From a virus (Duplodnaviria; Caudoviricetes), in the IMG/VR virus record IMGVR_UViG_3300037424_000485, positions 64,001 through 128,000 of that record: a stretch of 64,000 nt of DNA; one strand, written 5' to 3'. The notes beneath the pieces are model-generated. The model was not told the origin of the DNA. It saw nothing but the letters and a program-made list of their open reading frames with translations, and ran no database searches. This document shows positions 10,012 to 19,481 of the stretch, piece by piece; position 1 is the first letter of the stretch; the number at the start of each line of letters is the position of its first letter. The translations under genes were made by a program, and so were the position numbers.

Positions 10012-12411
10012 TTGATAGAGACAGCGATAAGTAAAAATATTTGGAATTTGAAATACCGATATAACGGAGAGGAAGAGATAGATTTTTATAATAGACCAGT
10101 AAGAGGGCTATTTGACGGTCTTACTACCAAAGAAGAAATACAACCTTATTTTAGTATTTTAGATATGAATACTAGAGAAGATATGTATAGTGATTTAAGC
10201 AACGTATTTATAGGACATTATGGTATGCTGGCTGGTAGACCTATGTATTCTTTAGGTACAGGAAGAACAAAACAAACTTTATCAAATTGCTTTGTTTTAA
10301 ATTTTAAAAGTGATTCTATGGAAGCTATCATGGACACTGCTAAAAATTCGGCTATGACCATGAAAGCTGGCGGTGGTGTTGGATATAGTTTTAGCATTTT
10401 AAGACCTAAAAAATATATTATTAACTCTAGCGGTGCTAGATCAACTGGTGTACTATCATTTATGAATATATTCAACACCACCTGTGCTACAATTGAGGCT
10501 GGTGGTAATCGTAGGGGTGCTCAAATAGCCGTTCTGGGTGTGTGGCATCCAGATGTCATGGAGTTTATCACATGTAAGCGTAAAGGTGATGGTCTACCAG
10601 ATGAGTATAAACCCTATAAGAATTTCAATTTAAGCGTTTATATTTCTGATTTATTTATGAATGCTGTTAGAGATGACACCATGTGGGATTTGAAATTTCC
10701 AGACACCACACATCCAAAGTATGATGATGAGTGGGATGGGAATATTAACTTATGGGAAGATAAAGGATATACTGTAATTGTTCATGATACTATAAAGGCT
10801 AGAGATTTATGGGATAAAATCATGAAGTCTAGTTATGATTTCGCGGAGCCTGGAATTCTATTTGAAGATACTATCAATAAAAACAATACATTGTGGATGG
10901 AAGAATATATACTCGCATGTAATCCATGTTCAGAACAGGCCCTACCAGCAGATGGTTCATGTAATTTAGGATCTCTTAACCTTACACAATATGTACAAAA
11001 TATATTTACTAACAACGCTCATATTGATTTTGATTTATTAAAGCATATCACTACAAAAATGATTATAATGCTTGATAGGATGCTTGATGTTAATTATTAT
11101 CCATTAGAAAGACAAGCAATTAGTGCTGCATCAAAAAGACAGATAGGATTGGGTGTTACTGGTCTTGGAGATATGCTTGCAATGATGACTATAAAATATT
11201 CATCACCAGCGGGTAGAGAACTAGTTGCTGATATTATGGTTGCAATTAGAGATGCAGCATATAGAGCTAGTATAGAACTAGCAAGGCAATTAGGGCCTTT
11301 TCCATTATGGGACACATTCACACCAGAAAAAAAGAAACAATTTATAGAGGGTGGTTTTATAAAGACTCTTCCAGAAGATATAAAACAAGATATTCTTAAA
11401 TATGGAATACGCAACAGCCGACTTCTATCAATCGCCCCTACTGGAACTATATCTCTCATTATGAATAATGTTTCGAGCGGTATAGAGCCTATCTTTTTGT
11501 TAGAGTATGATAGAAAAGTAAAAACCACCAGTGAAGAAACAATCTCAGAGTCTATTGAGACATATTCATGGTTAAAATATAAGCAGTTTACAGAGCTTAA
11601 CAATCCAGAAAAACCGGACTTCTTTGAAACAACAGATGATTTAAATGTAGATGATCATTTGAATATGCTTGCTGTTATTCAGAGGCATATATGTACATCA
11701 GCATCAAAAACCATTAATATTCCAGTAGATTATGAGTATGATAGATATAAAGAAGTATTTACAAAAGCACATTCTCTTGGTATAAAGGGATGTACAGCAT
11801 ATAGACCCAATGATATTATCGGATCTGTACTGTCAAAAAAAGGTGGAAATGGGCCGTGCTCAGAAAGGCCAGAAGAAATTGCATTTATGTGTGCTCCAAA
11901 AAGACCATTAGATCTTGATTGTGAGATACACCACTGCAATATCAAAGGAAAGCCTTGGTTGGTTATAGTAGGTATGTATAAAGAAATACCATATGAAATC
12001 TTTGCTGGTGAAGCAGATGATTTATATATTCCAAAAACGTGTAAAGAAGGGGTTATCTCTAAGAGGAAAAAGGGGTCATATTCCCTTAGTGTAAAAATTA
12101 GAAATAGTGAAATTGAGTATAAAGACATTGCCCATACATTGATGACCACTGAGCAGAGGGCTATGACTAGACTGGTTAGCCTATCTCTAAGACATGGTGT
12201 TCCTCATGAGTTTGTTGTTAAGCAGCTTAGTAAGTCTAGCGGTGATATCACAGACTTCTGTGCAGTTATTACCAGAGTCCTGAAGAGCTATATTAAGCAA
12301 TACAAATATGATAAAGATGTAAAATGTCCTGAGTGTGAGGATGGTATGCTAATTAGAAAAGAAGGATGTATGTCTTGTGATAAACAGTGTGGTTACTCGA
12401 AATGCGGTTAG
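10012..12411 (+). CDS. nrdJ: class II (B12-dependent) ribonucleotide reductase
   Basis: LSNCFV, GGGVG, NPCSEQ, CNLGSLNL, SIAPTGTIS, GCTAYR and a C-terminal Zn ribbon CPEC...C...C; no intein or intron visible. Confidence 0.9.
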   Translation: MIETAISKNIWNLKYRYNGEEEIDFYNRPVRGLFDGLTTKEEIQPYFSILDMNTREDMYSDLSNVFIGHYGMLAGRPMYSLGTGRTKQTLSNCFVLNFKSDSMEAIMDTAKNSAMTMKAGGGVGYSFSILRPKKYIINSSGARSTGVLSFMNIFNTTCATIEAGGNRRGAQIAVLGVWHPDVMEFITCKRKGDGLPDEYKPYKNFNLSVYISDLFMNAVRDDTMWDLKFPDTTHPKYDDEWDGNINLWEDKGYTVIVHDTIKARDLWDKIMKSSYDFAEPGILFEDTINKNNTLWMEEYILACNPCSEQALPADGSCNLGSLNLTQYVQNIFTNNAHIDFDLLKHITTKMIIMLDRMLDVNYYPLERQAISAASKRQIGLGVTGLGDMLAMMTIKYSSPAGRELVADIMVAIRDAAYRASIELARQLGPFPLWDTFTPEKKKQFIEGGFIKTLPEDIKQDILKYGIRNSRLLSIAPTGTISLIMNNVSSGIEPIFLLEYDRKVKTTSEETISESIETYSWLKYKQFTELNNPEKPDFFETTDDLNVDDHLNMLAVIQRHICTSASKTINIPVDYEYDRYKEVFTKAHSLGIKGCTAYRPNDIIGSVLSKKGGNGPCSERPEEIAFMCAPKRPLDLDCEIHHCNIKGKPWLVIVGMYKEIPYEIFAGEADDLYIPKTCKEGVISKRKKGSYSLSVKIRNSEIEYKDIAHTLMTTEQRAMTRLVSLSLRHGVPHEFVVKQLSKSSGDITDFCAVITRVLKSYIKQYKYDKDVKCPECEDGMLIRKEGCMSCDKQCGYSKCG

Positions 12412-12435
12412 GATTTTAATCTAAGATAATATATT

Positions 12436-12470
12436 AAAGGTCAGGTTATAAATTTCTTGACCTTTTTTAT
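12436..12470 (+). terminator. intrinsic terminator after nrdJ
   Basis: AAAGGTCAGG...CTTGACCTTT stem followed by a T-rich tract; also overlaps TTGACC-16 nt-TATAAT. Confidence 0.7.
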
Positions 12471-12617
12471 TTTTATGGTATAATATCCTAATTGAGTTAG
12501 AATAAATTTTAATTATGATATTATGGGATTTTTGCATCAGGAGTAATTAATAGTAAGAAGATGTCTTAACGGATAATTATTTGTTTTGGGTCTTTTATAT
12601 ATGGAGAAATTATAATC

Positions 12618-12791
12618 ATGAAACGTATGATTATGACAGCACATGGTGTGAAGAGATTTGAAATTACCAATTTACTTCATATACCAAGGAAAGGGGAGAT
12701 TGTATACTATAGTGATAGCAAATTCATTGTTATTGATGTAGTGTATGATTATGATGAAAGTACAATTTATATTTACTGTAGGTTATTATGA
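12618..12791 (+). CDS. small hypothetical protein (below ORF-track cutoff)
   Basis: 57-aa ORF MKRMIMTAHG...YCRLL with GGAGA RBS; overlaps the next ATG. Confidence 0.55.
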   Translation: MKRMIMTAHGVKRFEITNLLHIPRKGEIVYYSDSKFIVIDVVYDYDESTIYIYCRLL

Positions 12792-13171
12792 TTGCTCTGA
12801 TAGTTTATAATGTAATAATGAGTATCATTTCTATTGTGGCTCTTTATTTCAACTTTTTTCCAGTTTTTATAGTATATGCCACGTATTCTATTGTAGTTGG
12901 TATTAGTGGATTTATTGTGGTATTGAGTGGAAATTTTGATGCATTCGCTAAAAGGACAGCCGATGTAGTATATAATAATGGCAAGATGACAGATTTTCTT
13001 GATAACTTTTTTTGGGCCATAACAGTATTTCTTCCTCTTGTTACGCAGCATTATTTTATATTTGTAAGTTGGTTAATACTGTTTTTGTTACAAGCCAGCC
13101 AGAAGGATAAAATAAATAAATATGTAGAAAATTTAAAATCAAAAGGCATTCAGCCTAATGATAATCTATAA
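12788..13171 (+). CDS. hypothetical membrane protein
   Basis: Several hydrophobic stretches. Confidence 0.6.
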   Translation: MIALIVYNVIMSIISIVALYFNFFPVFIVYATYSIVVGISGFIVVLSGNFDAFAKRTADVVYNNGKMTDFLDNFFWAITVFLPLVTQHYFIFVSWLILFLLQASQKDKINKYVENLKSKGIQPNDNL

Positions 13172-13206
13172 TTATGTTATAGATAGTATATAAATATGGT
13201 TGATCT

Positions 13207-13479
13207 ATGGGTAATTATATGTCTGGCAGTGATATAGCCAGAGAGTTAGGTATTACAAGACAAGGGGTTTCTCAGACGCTAAAATCAGGTATGAGAAAAT
13301 TGTATAAGGAGATTATACGAACAAAAATTGCAGAATCCCCATTTGATGCAATATGCGCTATGATGTGTTGTTTTGGACTTCATAGAGCACAACATGATGA
13401 TATAGTTGATTTTCTATATCTATTACCAAATGATGTAAGAAGGGAGCTACAAAATGATACAAAATACAGAAAACTCTAA
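13207..13479 (+). CDS. HTH DNA-binding protein
   Basis: MSGSDIARELGITRQGVSQTLK helix-turn-helix. Confidence 0.7.
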   Translation: MGNYMSGSDIARELGITRQGVSQTLKSGMRKLYKEIIRTKIAESPFDAICAMMCCFGLHRAQHDDIVDFLYLLPNDVRRELQNDTKYRKL

Positions 13480-13511
13480 TCCTACGTGCTACTCATGCAC
13501 TGCATTTGTGA

Positions 13512-13826
13512 TTGACGGTGACAAAGCATATTGTGATGATGATAATTTTGATAACGAGTATGTTCAAAAAGCTAAGACTTTCGAGCCCGCTATGTTTGAG
13601 TGTGTCGGATATGAACGATGTCCAGATTAATTATACATCAGCTGGCGAACCTCTAAAATGCTTTCATTGTAAAAGTCTCAATATACAATCTAAAAGTGTT
13701 GTTATTGAGTCAGGTTATATAAGTGAGAGAGAGTATTTTTGCGGGGATTGTAAATCATATCTGGCTTATTGGGCTTATGGTTATTTTGATCCAATGTATA
13801 GTATAGAAAGGACTGTAAGGATATAA
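13512..13826 (+). CDS. hypothetical Zn-ribbon protein (true start probably further downstream)
   Basis: CFHC...CGDC. Confidence 0.45.
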   Translation: MTVTKHIVMMIILITSMFKKLRLSSPLCLSVSDMNDVQINYTSAGEPLKCFHCKSLNIQSKSVVIESGYISEREYFCGDCKSYLAYWAYGYFDPMYSIERTVRI

Positions 13827-13874
13827 TTAAATTTTAGTTAGCATTGAAACAGTATCATAATTGATGGGAGAATT

Positions 13875-14138
13875 ATGAAATTACAAATTGGTCATGAATA
13901 TTTGCTTGAACCAAAGGAGTGGGAAGGACATAAATACCATATGAAAGTAGTAGAATTTAGTTCTACTGGTAGAGTTTCATTTCTTTGGAGAGAAATAACA
14001 TGCGATACAAAATATGTAGATTATGTAGATAATGTAGATAATGTGCAGTATTACTCATCAACACTAAATAAATGGATTGAGGAAGGTTCAATGTTGCCTT
14101 TATCAATATTACCAGAAGAATTATTTAAAATGGAATAA
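13875..14138 (+). CDS. hypothetical protein with PEELF tail
   Basis: GGGAG RBS; ends ILPEELFKME. Confidence 0.6.
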   Translation: MKLQIGHEYLLEPKEWEGHKYHMKVVEFSSTGRVSFLWREITCDTKYVDYVDNVDNVQYYSSTLNKWIEEGSMLPLSILPEELFKME

Positions 14139-14231
14139 ATGATTGATTTTAATAAAGTAATTGACTTATGTAACCAGTATGGTGAGAATGTATCCATTAA
14201 ATCTGGCGGTAGCGGTATTATCATGCGTTAA
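14139..14231 (+). pseudogene. probable displaced primase 5' end (30 codons)
   Basis: MIDFNKVIDLCNQYGENVSIKSGGSGIIMR* ends where the HNH gene ends; same length class as the pre-CxxC segment of the primase at 15080. Confidence 0.5.
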
Positions 14232-14971
14232 CACTTCTTTCTTCTCATATCACAATCTTTGTGTAGTTTATTATGACACTTATTACATAGAGTGATACAA
14301 TTATCCATATCAGCACTCTCAGTGGGGTTTATTTCAATACCTTCATAGTGATGACAATGCAATTGAACATCTATTTTTCCACATGTTTGACATTTCCAAT
14401 CATCTCTCTCCAACACCAACTTTCTTAGTTCTGGTTGTACTTCTCTGGATGTATTGGTTTTGAACCCTTTGGGGTATTTACTTCTATTATAGGTTCCACA
14501 GGATTTCTTACAGTTGGTTGAACAATAAAGAGATTTTTCTCCTTTTGTAATTCCACTGATGGATCTTATTCTATGTCCTATATTACTATTAGTAGGTTTA
14601 TGATACCTTCCACAATACTTACATTTAACTTCAAGTGATACACCATCATCAGCTAATCTTGGTTCTTCTTCAATGGTTAGTTGATGTGTATATGTTTTAT
14701 ATAGTGCAAAAGAATTCATATATTCTTTGTGGTATTGTATACAATATTCTTTATTGGAATTATAATATTCTTTATGTTTTTGTTTAAAATATTCTTTATT
14801 GGAATTGTTATATTGTTTAAAATATTCTTTATTATCAATACGATATTGTTTGTTACATAAAATACATGTGGATTGATGTCCATCTTTTCTTGAGTTTTGT
14901 TTGTTGAACTCATTAATTGATTTGATTTCTTTACATTTGGGACATTTTTTGGTATAAATAGTTGTAGTCAT
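14228..14971 (-). CDS. HNH homing endonuclease (subtype B), antisense to the operon
   Basis: QLTIEEEPRLADDGVSLEVKCKYCG plus the family HNH module. Confidence 0.85.
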   Translation of the reverse strand: MTTTIYTKKCPKCKEIKSINEFNKQNSRKDGHQSTCILCNKQYRIDNKEYFKQYNNSNKEYFKQKHKEYYNSNKEYCIQYHKEYMNSFALYKTYTHQLTIEEEPRLADDGVSLEVKCKYCGRYHKPTNSNIGHRIRSISGITKGEKSLYCSTNCKKSCGTYNRSKYPKGFKTNTSREVQPELRKLVLERDDWKCQTCGKIDVQLHCHHYEGIEINPTESADMDNCITLCNKCHNKLHKDCDMRRKKC

Positions 14972-15079
14972 GGTGTTTACTCCTTTAAAGTAAATAGTTT
15001 GATTGGGACTTATTAACTATAATCAGTAGTTAATAAGTCTGTTTTGTTTCTATATGTATTTATATAAAATAAGGTAAAA

Positions 15080-16096
15080 ATGTTAACAGAATATGAAGTT
15101 TCTTCTATGTTGTCTAAATTAGGTGTTGATTTTATTAATACCAATGGATATTTTAAATGTAAATGTCCTGTATGTGGAGACAGCAAAAAAAGTAGAAATA
15201 TACGAAGATTGAAGATATCCCAATATCACGATACATGGATGTGTTATTGTTGGAATGGTGGTTGTGATGTACAAGGAATTAATATATTCTCTTTGTATTC
15301 TGATATTACTGGTATTTCATATCTCCAAGCAAAGAAGGAATTGATTGAACCTGTCTATGATAGTAGAATCGTTAAGAAAAAGATGTCCAGTAGTAAAGAG
15401 ACATTGCAAGCAGATGATACAAAGACAGTAGAAATTCTTGACCTTGATATAGATAAAGACTGTTTGAAGGTGTCTTCCATTCCTAATTCTAGAATTGAAG
15501 AACGTTTCCATAAAGCACTGTTATCATTTATCAAAGAGCGTAAAATACCTATAGAGTGTTTTGTAGCTATTAGCGGTAGATATCAAGGTAGAATAATAAT
15601 TCCTATTTATATCAAAGGAAAACTTGTTTATTTTCAAGGACGCGCCATATCTGATAGTATAGAGAATAAATATCTAAATCCATATGTCGAGAAAGGACAT
15701 ATTATTCTCAATATAGATAAGTTCAATGTGGATATGTCTATTATAGTTACAGAAGGATCTATAGATGCGTATATGGTAGATTATAACCAGGGTACTACAT
15801 CATTAGGAGCTGTAATATCAGATGACTTATTAGAGATATTATTAGACCATACTGATAAAGATGTTATTGTGGCGTTTGATAACCCAGATATAGATAAGTC
15901 TGGATACACCACAATAATGAAGATGATAAAAGATTCTAAATATGGGAAGAGAGTTAAATATTTTCTCATGCCATATAAAGATATTAAAGACCTAAATGAT
16001 CTAAAAGTCAAGAAAGGTATTGAAAATATATATCAATTTGTTCTTGATCATTCTCACTCACATTTTTATATCTCCACCATATATAAATTATCTTAA
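15080..16096 (+). CDS. DNA primase (T4 gp61-like)
   Basis: CPVCGDS Zn finger, CYCWNGGC, FQGR, TOPRIM VTEGSIDA and FDNPDID. Confidence 0.9.
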   Translation: MLTEYEVSSMLSKLGVDFINTNGYFKCKCPVCGDSKKSRNIRRLKISQYHDTWMCYCWNGGCDVQGINIFSLYSDITGISYLQAKKELIEPVYDSRIVKKKMSSSKETLQADDTKTVEILDLDIDKDCLKVSSIPNSRIEERFHKALLSFIKERKIPIECFVAISGRYQGRIIIPIYIKGKLVYFQGRAISDSIENKYLNPYVEKGHIILNIDKFNVDMSIIVTEGSIDAYMVDYNQGTTSLGAVISDDLLEILLDHTDKDVIVAFDNPDIDKSGYTTIMKMIKDSKYGKRVKYFLMPYKDIKDLNDLKVKKGIENIYQFVLDHSHSHFYISTIYKLS

Positions 16097-16159
16097 AATA
16101 TATTAATTTTCTTTTAATTTTCTATATAAATACATTTAGAATTTTATAAGGAGATTAGT

Positions 16160-16630
16160 ATGAAAATTACTATAGTTGGGTTGGATGTAGTTTGTGTCAC
16201 CGATACAGACTACATTAATAATAAGTCATATAAACATAAGATACATTTGGTTAAGTTGGACTTTTCAGATCCAACATCTGCTAAGATGGAATGGGTTATA
16301 AAAACTTTTAAAGACACTAATAGATTTATTGTTAGTGATAATATTTCTTTTTATAATAGCTATTTAAAACATACAAATAAAAAATATTATGTATTAAATA
16401 CAGAGATAAATAAACTGGTAAGCTTTTATAAGAAAAATAATAAAGTTCTTTTAGACACTACAAAACTATCAGAGTTTGAAAGGATTTTTGTTTTTAATGT
16501 CATTCTTGATGATATATTATCATGTACAGAAGTAATGGTCATAAGTAAAGACGATTATAATTACTATACTAATAAATTAAATAAATGGAGTGGTAATTTA
16601 ATTATATTGGAATACGGAGAGTCTTTATAA
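16160..16630 (+). CDS. hypothetical protein
   Basis: 156-aa ORF with AAGGAG RBS. Confidence 0.55.
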   Translation: MKITIVGLDVVCVTDTDYINNKSYKHKIHLVKLDFSDPTSAKMEWVIKTFKDTNRFIVSDNISFYNSYLKHTNKKYYVLNTEINKLVSFYKKNNKVLLDTTKLSEFERIFVFNVILDDILSCTEVMVISKDDYNYYTNKLNKWSGNLIILEYGESL

Positions 16631-16631
16631 T

Positions 16632-17459
16632 ATGAGTAATATCCTTGCCGTTGGCCCCTTTATAGGATCTTTTGAACAAGAGATAATGAGCTTTATGCCA
16701 TATGCTAGGTATCTATCACAGATTATGGAATATGATGATATATTCATATCTAGTCACTCAAATAGAAGATTCTTATATGATTGGATTGATGATAGAAATT
16801 ATATCTCAATAAATGAAAAATGGACTAGAGATGATTGTAAACAAAACGGATATGTTCATGATGACGTAATATCAAGTCAGTTTATACAAACATCAAAAGA
16901 TTTTAAACAAAAAATAAAAACCGATATAAAATATAAAGGATATCCTATAGAGCTGTATAGTCTGCCATATATAAAAACTGCTCCTATATACTCTACAATT
17001 CAGAAAAAATTCTATCCTATCCGTGTACCACGTACAGATATAAAAGAAAAGGATAAGGATTATGTAGTATTCATAGCAGATGAATCCATTAGCGAAGAAA
17101 CTAGTAACAACATTTACAATCTATTGATTAATGAGTATAATGTCTTAGTGATAGGAGATTGTAAGACACATTTAGCAGAAAAAAATGTTATAATGAAAAG
17201 ATCTGATTATGTAGAACGAGTTTATGAGCTAATATATGGATATATACATGGTGCTAAATTTGTTATAACCCCATGCTCTTATTGGACTATTATATGTAAT
17301 ATACAAAATATTCCTGTATTTAGTTGGGGGGAGAGTCCTGGCATCTATAAATCTGAAGGTACTTTTGGATTTGATAATAAAAATATGATCATATATAATG
17401 ATGACAACAATGCCAAATCACTAGTAGGATCTATAGGATATTTTCAAAAGAAACTTTAA
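16632..17459 (+). CDS. hypothetical protein, possibly GT-B-like
   Basis: GPFIGSFEQE N-terminus and AKFVITPCSYW...NIPVFSWG C-terminus loosely resemble glycosyltransferase folds; product call is weak. Confidence 0.45.
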   Translation: MSNILAVGPFIGSFEQEIMSFMPYARYLSQIMEYDDIFISSHSNRRFLYDWIDDRNYISINEKWTRDDCKQNGYVHDDVISSQFIQTSKDFKQKIKTDIKYKGYPIELYSLPYIKTAPIYSTIQKKFYPIRVPRTDIKEKDKDYVVFIADESISEETSNNIYNLLINEYNVLVIGDCKTHLAEKNVIMKRSDYVERVYELIYGYIHGAKFVITPCSYWTIICNIQNIPVFSWGESPGIYKSEGTFGFDNKNMIIYNDDNNAKSLVGSIGYFQKKL

Positions 17460-17485
17460 TTATAAAAAAACAAGGAGTTGTAAAC

Positions 17486-17680
17486 GTGCCAATTTTTGAA
17501 TTTAAATGTATGTTATGTGACGATATATCAGAAGAAATAACAAGCGATAGAGAGAAGGTAGATTCTGTATGTCCAAAGTGTGGTGCTCTGAGTAATAAAA
17601 TAATGAGCGTGGTGGGATGGGATATAAAAGGTGGTGGCGTTTATCGTACTTGCCCCCCTGCAACCATACCCAAGAAATAA
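17486..17680 (+). CDS. FmdB-like Zn-ribbon protein
   Basis: MPIFEFKCMLC...CPKCG. Confidence 0.75.
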   Translation: MPIFEFKCMLCDDISEEITSDREKVDSVCPKCGALSNKIMSVVGWDIKGGGVYRTCPPATIPKK

Positions 17681-18629
17681 TATAATGTCTAAATTAACAA
17701 CAGACGATTTTGTAAATAGATCTAAATTTTGTCATGATAATTATTATAATTATCTATTAACAGAATATAAGTCTATATTTTTAAAAGTAAAAATTACATG
17801 CCCTATACATGGTATATTTGAACAAACACCTCATGATCATCTTAAAGGGCATGGATGTAAGAAATGTGGCATTACTAGAGGTATACAGAAAAGAATATTA
17901 ACAATAAGTGAGTTTATACAAAAAGCAGAAAATATTCATGATAAATATGACTATTCACATGTTGACTATTATAATTCAAGAACCAAAGTAAAAATTACAT
18001 GCCCTATACATGGTATATTTGAACAAACACCTCATGAGCATCTTAATGGACATGGATGTCCTGAGTGTGGTGTATTAAAAAATACCTATGGACAGAGATT
18101 AACAACATTAGATTTCATAGAAAAAGCTAAATTTATTCATGGTGACAAATACAACTACTCCTTGGTTAATTATATATCCACTCATATAAAAGTAAAAATT
18201 ATATGTCCTATCCATAGTGTATTTGAACAACAACCCAATGGGCATTTAAATGGATATGGATGTCGTGAATGTTATAAATCATTGTCTATATCAAAACCAG
18301 AAAAAGAAGTATTTGAGTACGTTAAAACACTAACTATTGAAGATGTTATAAATAATGATAGAACACAAATTATCAACCCCAAAACAGGACATTATTTAGA
18401 ATTAGATATATGGATACCTTCTTTGAATAAAGCTATAGAATTTAATGGTAGATATTGGCACTCATTAGAAGGGGTTGATTATAGAGATCATCAAAAAAAT
18501 ATTCAATGTAAGGATAAAGGAATAGAGCTATTAGTAATTGAAGAGCAAGACTGGCTTAATGATAAATATTTATGCGAGGCTGTTATAAAGTTATTTATAA
18601 CAGCCTCGCATAACCAGCGTGGCCAGTGA
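17631..18629 (+). CDS. homing-type PD-(D/E)xK endonuclease with three repeated Cys/His modules
   Basis: KVKITCPIHGIFEQTPHxHLxGHGC repeats; C-terminal SKPEKEV...LELDIWIP...AIEFNGRYWH. Confidence 0.8.
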   Translation: MVAFIVLAPLQPYPRNNIMSKLTTDDFVNRSKFCHDNYYNYLLTEYKSIFLKVKITCPIHGIFEQTPHDHLKGHGCKKCGITRGIQKRILTISEFIQKAENIHDKYDYSHVDYYNSRTKVKITCPIHGIFEQTPHEHLNGHGCPECGVLKNTYGQRLTTLDFIEKAKFIHGDKYNYSLVNYISTHIKVKIICPIHSVFEQQPNGHLNGYGCRECYKSLSISKPEKEVFEYVKTLTIEDVINNDRTQIINPKTGHYLELDIWIPSLNKAIEFNGRYWHSLEGVDYRDHQKNIQCKDKGIELLVIEEQDWLNDKYLCEAVIKLFITASHNQRGQ

Positions 18630-18689
18630 AGTTAATTCCCGATAGGGCCGCAGGCGTTTACCACGTCTGCGTTTATGCGATTGTTATAA
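18595..18689 (-). repeat. attC-like site A (95 bp)
   Basis: Minus strand TTATAAC-AATC-GCATAAAC...GGTTATGC-GAGGCT-GTTATAA; complementary AAC/GTT cores and inner arms; GC-rich centre. Confidence 0.65.
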
Positions 18690-18709
18690 CCTAACTGTGA
18701 GGTGGATAT

Positions 18710-18895
18710 ATGAAGAAACATATTAGTTTTAGCCATGTACAAAAGGCAAATTTTATTAATTTAATGGAAGATCACGGATACCACCTGCCGATTAAAAATG
18801 ATGAGCGGGATGATAAAATGTTCAGCGATTTATTATTCTTTATGGCTAGGTCTTTAGATGGCGACCAGGCTGATAAATTCAATTCAGAGTTATAA
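18710..18895 (+). CDS. small hypothetical protein next to attC-like site A
   Basis: GAGGTGG RBS 20 nt after the GTT core. Confidence 0.55.
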   Translation: MKKHISFSHVQKANFINLMEDHGYHLPIKNDERDDKMFSDLLFFMARSLDGDQADKFNSEL

Positions 18896-19247
18896 CAGCA
18901 ACCATACCCAAGAAAAAATGTATAGAAAAGGAGATATAATGAGTGAAAATGTAGAAGTGGAGATTCCACGTGTTATGCAGAATGAAGAAGAGCGTAAAAT
19001 TAACACACTAATCTTTACAAGATTGGACGAAGATGATAATTCGTGGGGTGATAATATAGTTTATCGTGCTAGAAAGGATGGCATTGAGGTATTTGTTGGT
19101 AGAGAGAAACAATCATATAAATGGATTGTTCATGTCACAACCCAGCTAAACTATAAAAAACCATGCGATACATCATTAGAAGAAGCTTTTAATCTAGCAG
19201 AAATTATGTTTAACGAATTAGATGATACGCTTAACAAATTAGTATAA
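18858..19247 (+). CDS. hypothetical protein (likely start 18939)
   Basis: AAGGAG RBS before MSENVEV. Confidence 0.55.
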   Translation: MATRLINSIQSYNSNHTQEKMYRKGDIMSENVEVEIPRVMQNEEERKINTLIFTRLDEDDNSWGDNIVYRARKDGIEVFVGREKQSYKWIVHVTTQLNYKKPCDTSLEEAFNLAEIMFNELDDTLNKLV

Positions 19248-19269
19248 ATAATAGAATAGGAGATAAATT

Positions 19270-19479
19270 GTGAACCAACCAAAAATTAATAAAGAAGCAC
19301 TTACAGCAGCATCAGACGTTACATGTGAAAAATGCACCGGACAGTTCTTTGATCAAGCAGTGGCTTTGAAAAAGATATCGGCGTTAGATCCAAATAACCC
19401 AACAGGGCAAGCACAGCTAATACCTATGGGTATCTTTGTGTGTCGCAACTGTAATACACCAATACTAAGTATAGACTGA
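19270..19479 (+). CDS. small Zn-binding hypothetical protein
   Basis: CEKC...CRNC; GTG start with GGAG RBS. Confidence 0.65.
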   Translation: MNQPKINKEALTAASDVTCEKCTGQFFDQAVALKKISALDPNNPTGQAQLIPMGIFVCRNCNTPILSID

Positions 19480-19481
19480 TA

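Noticed and set aside
10012-12411. Intein or intron in nrdJ, helicase or primase
   Set aside because: Lengths and motif order are continuous with no insertion
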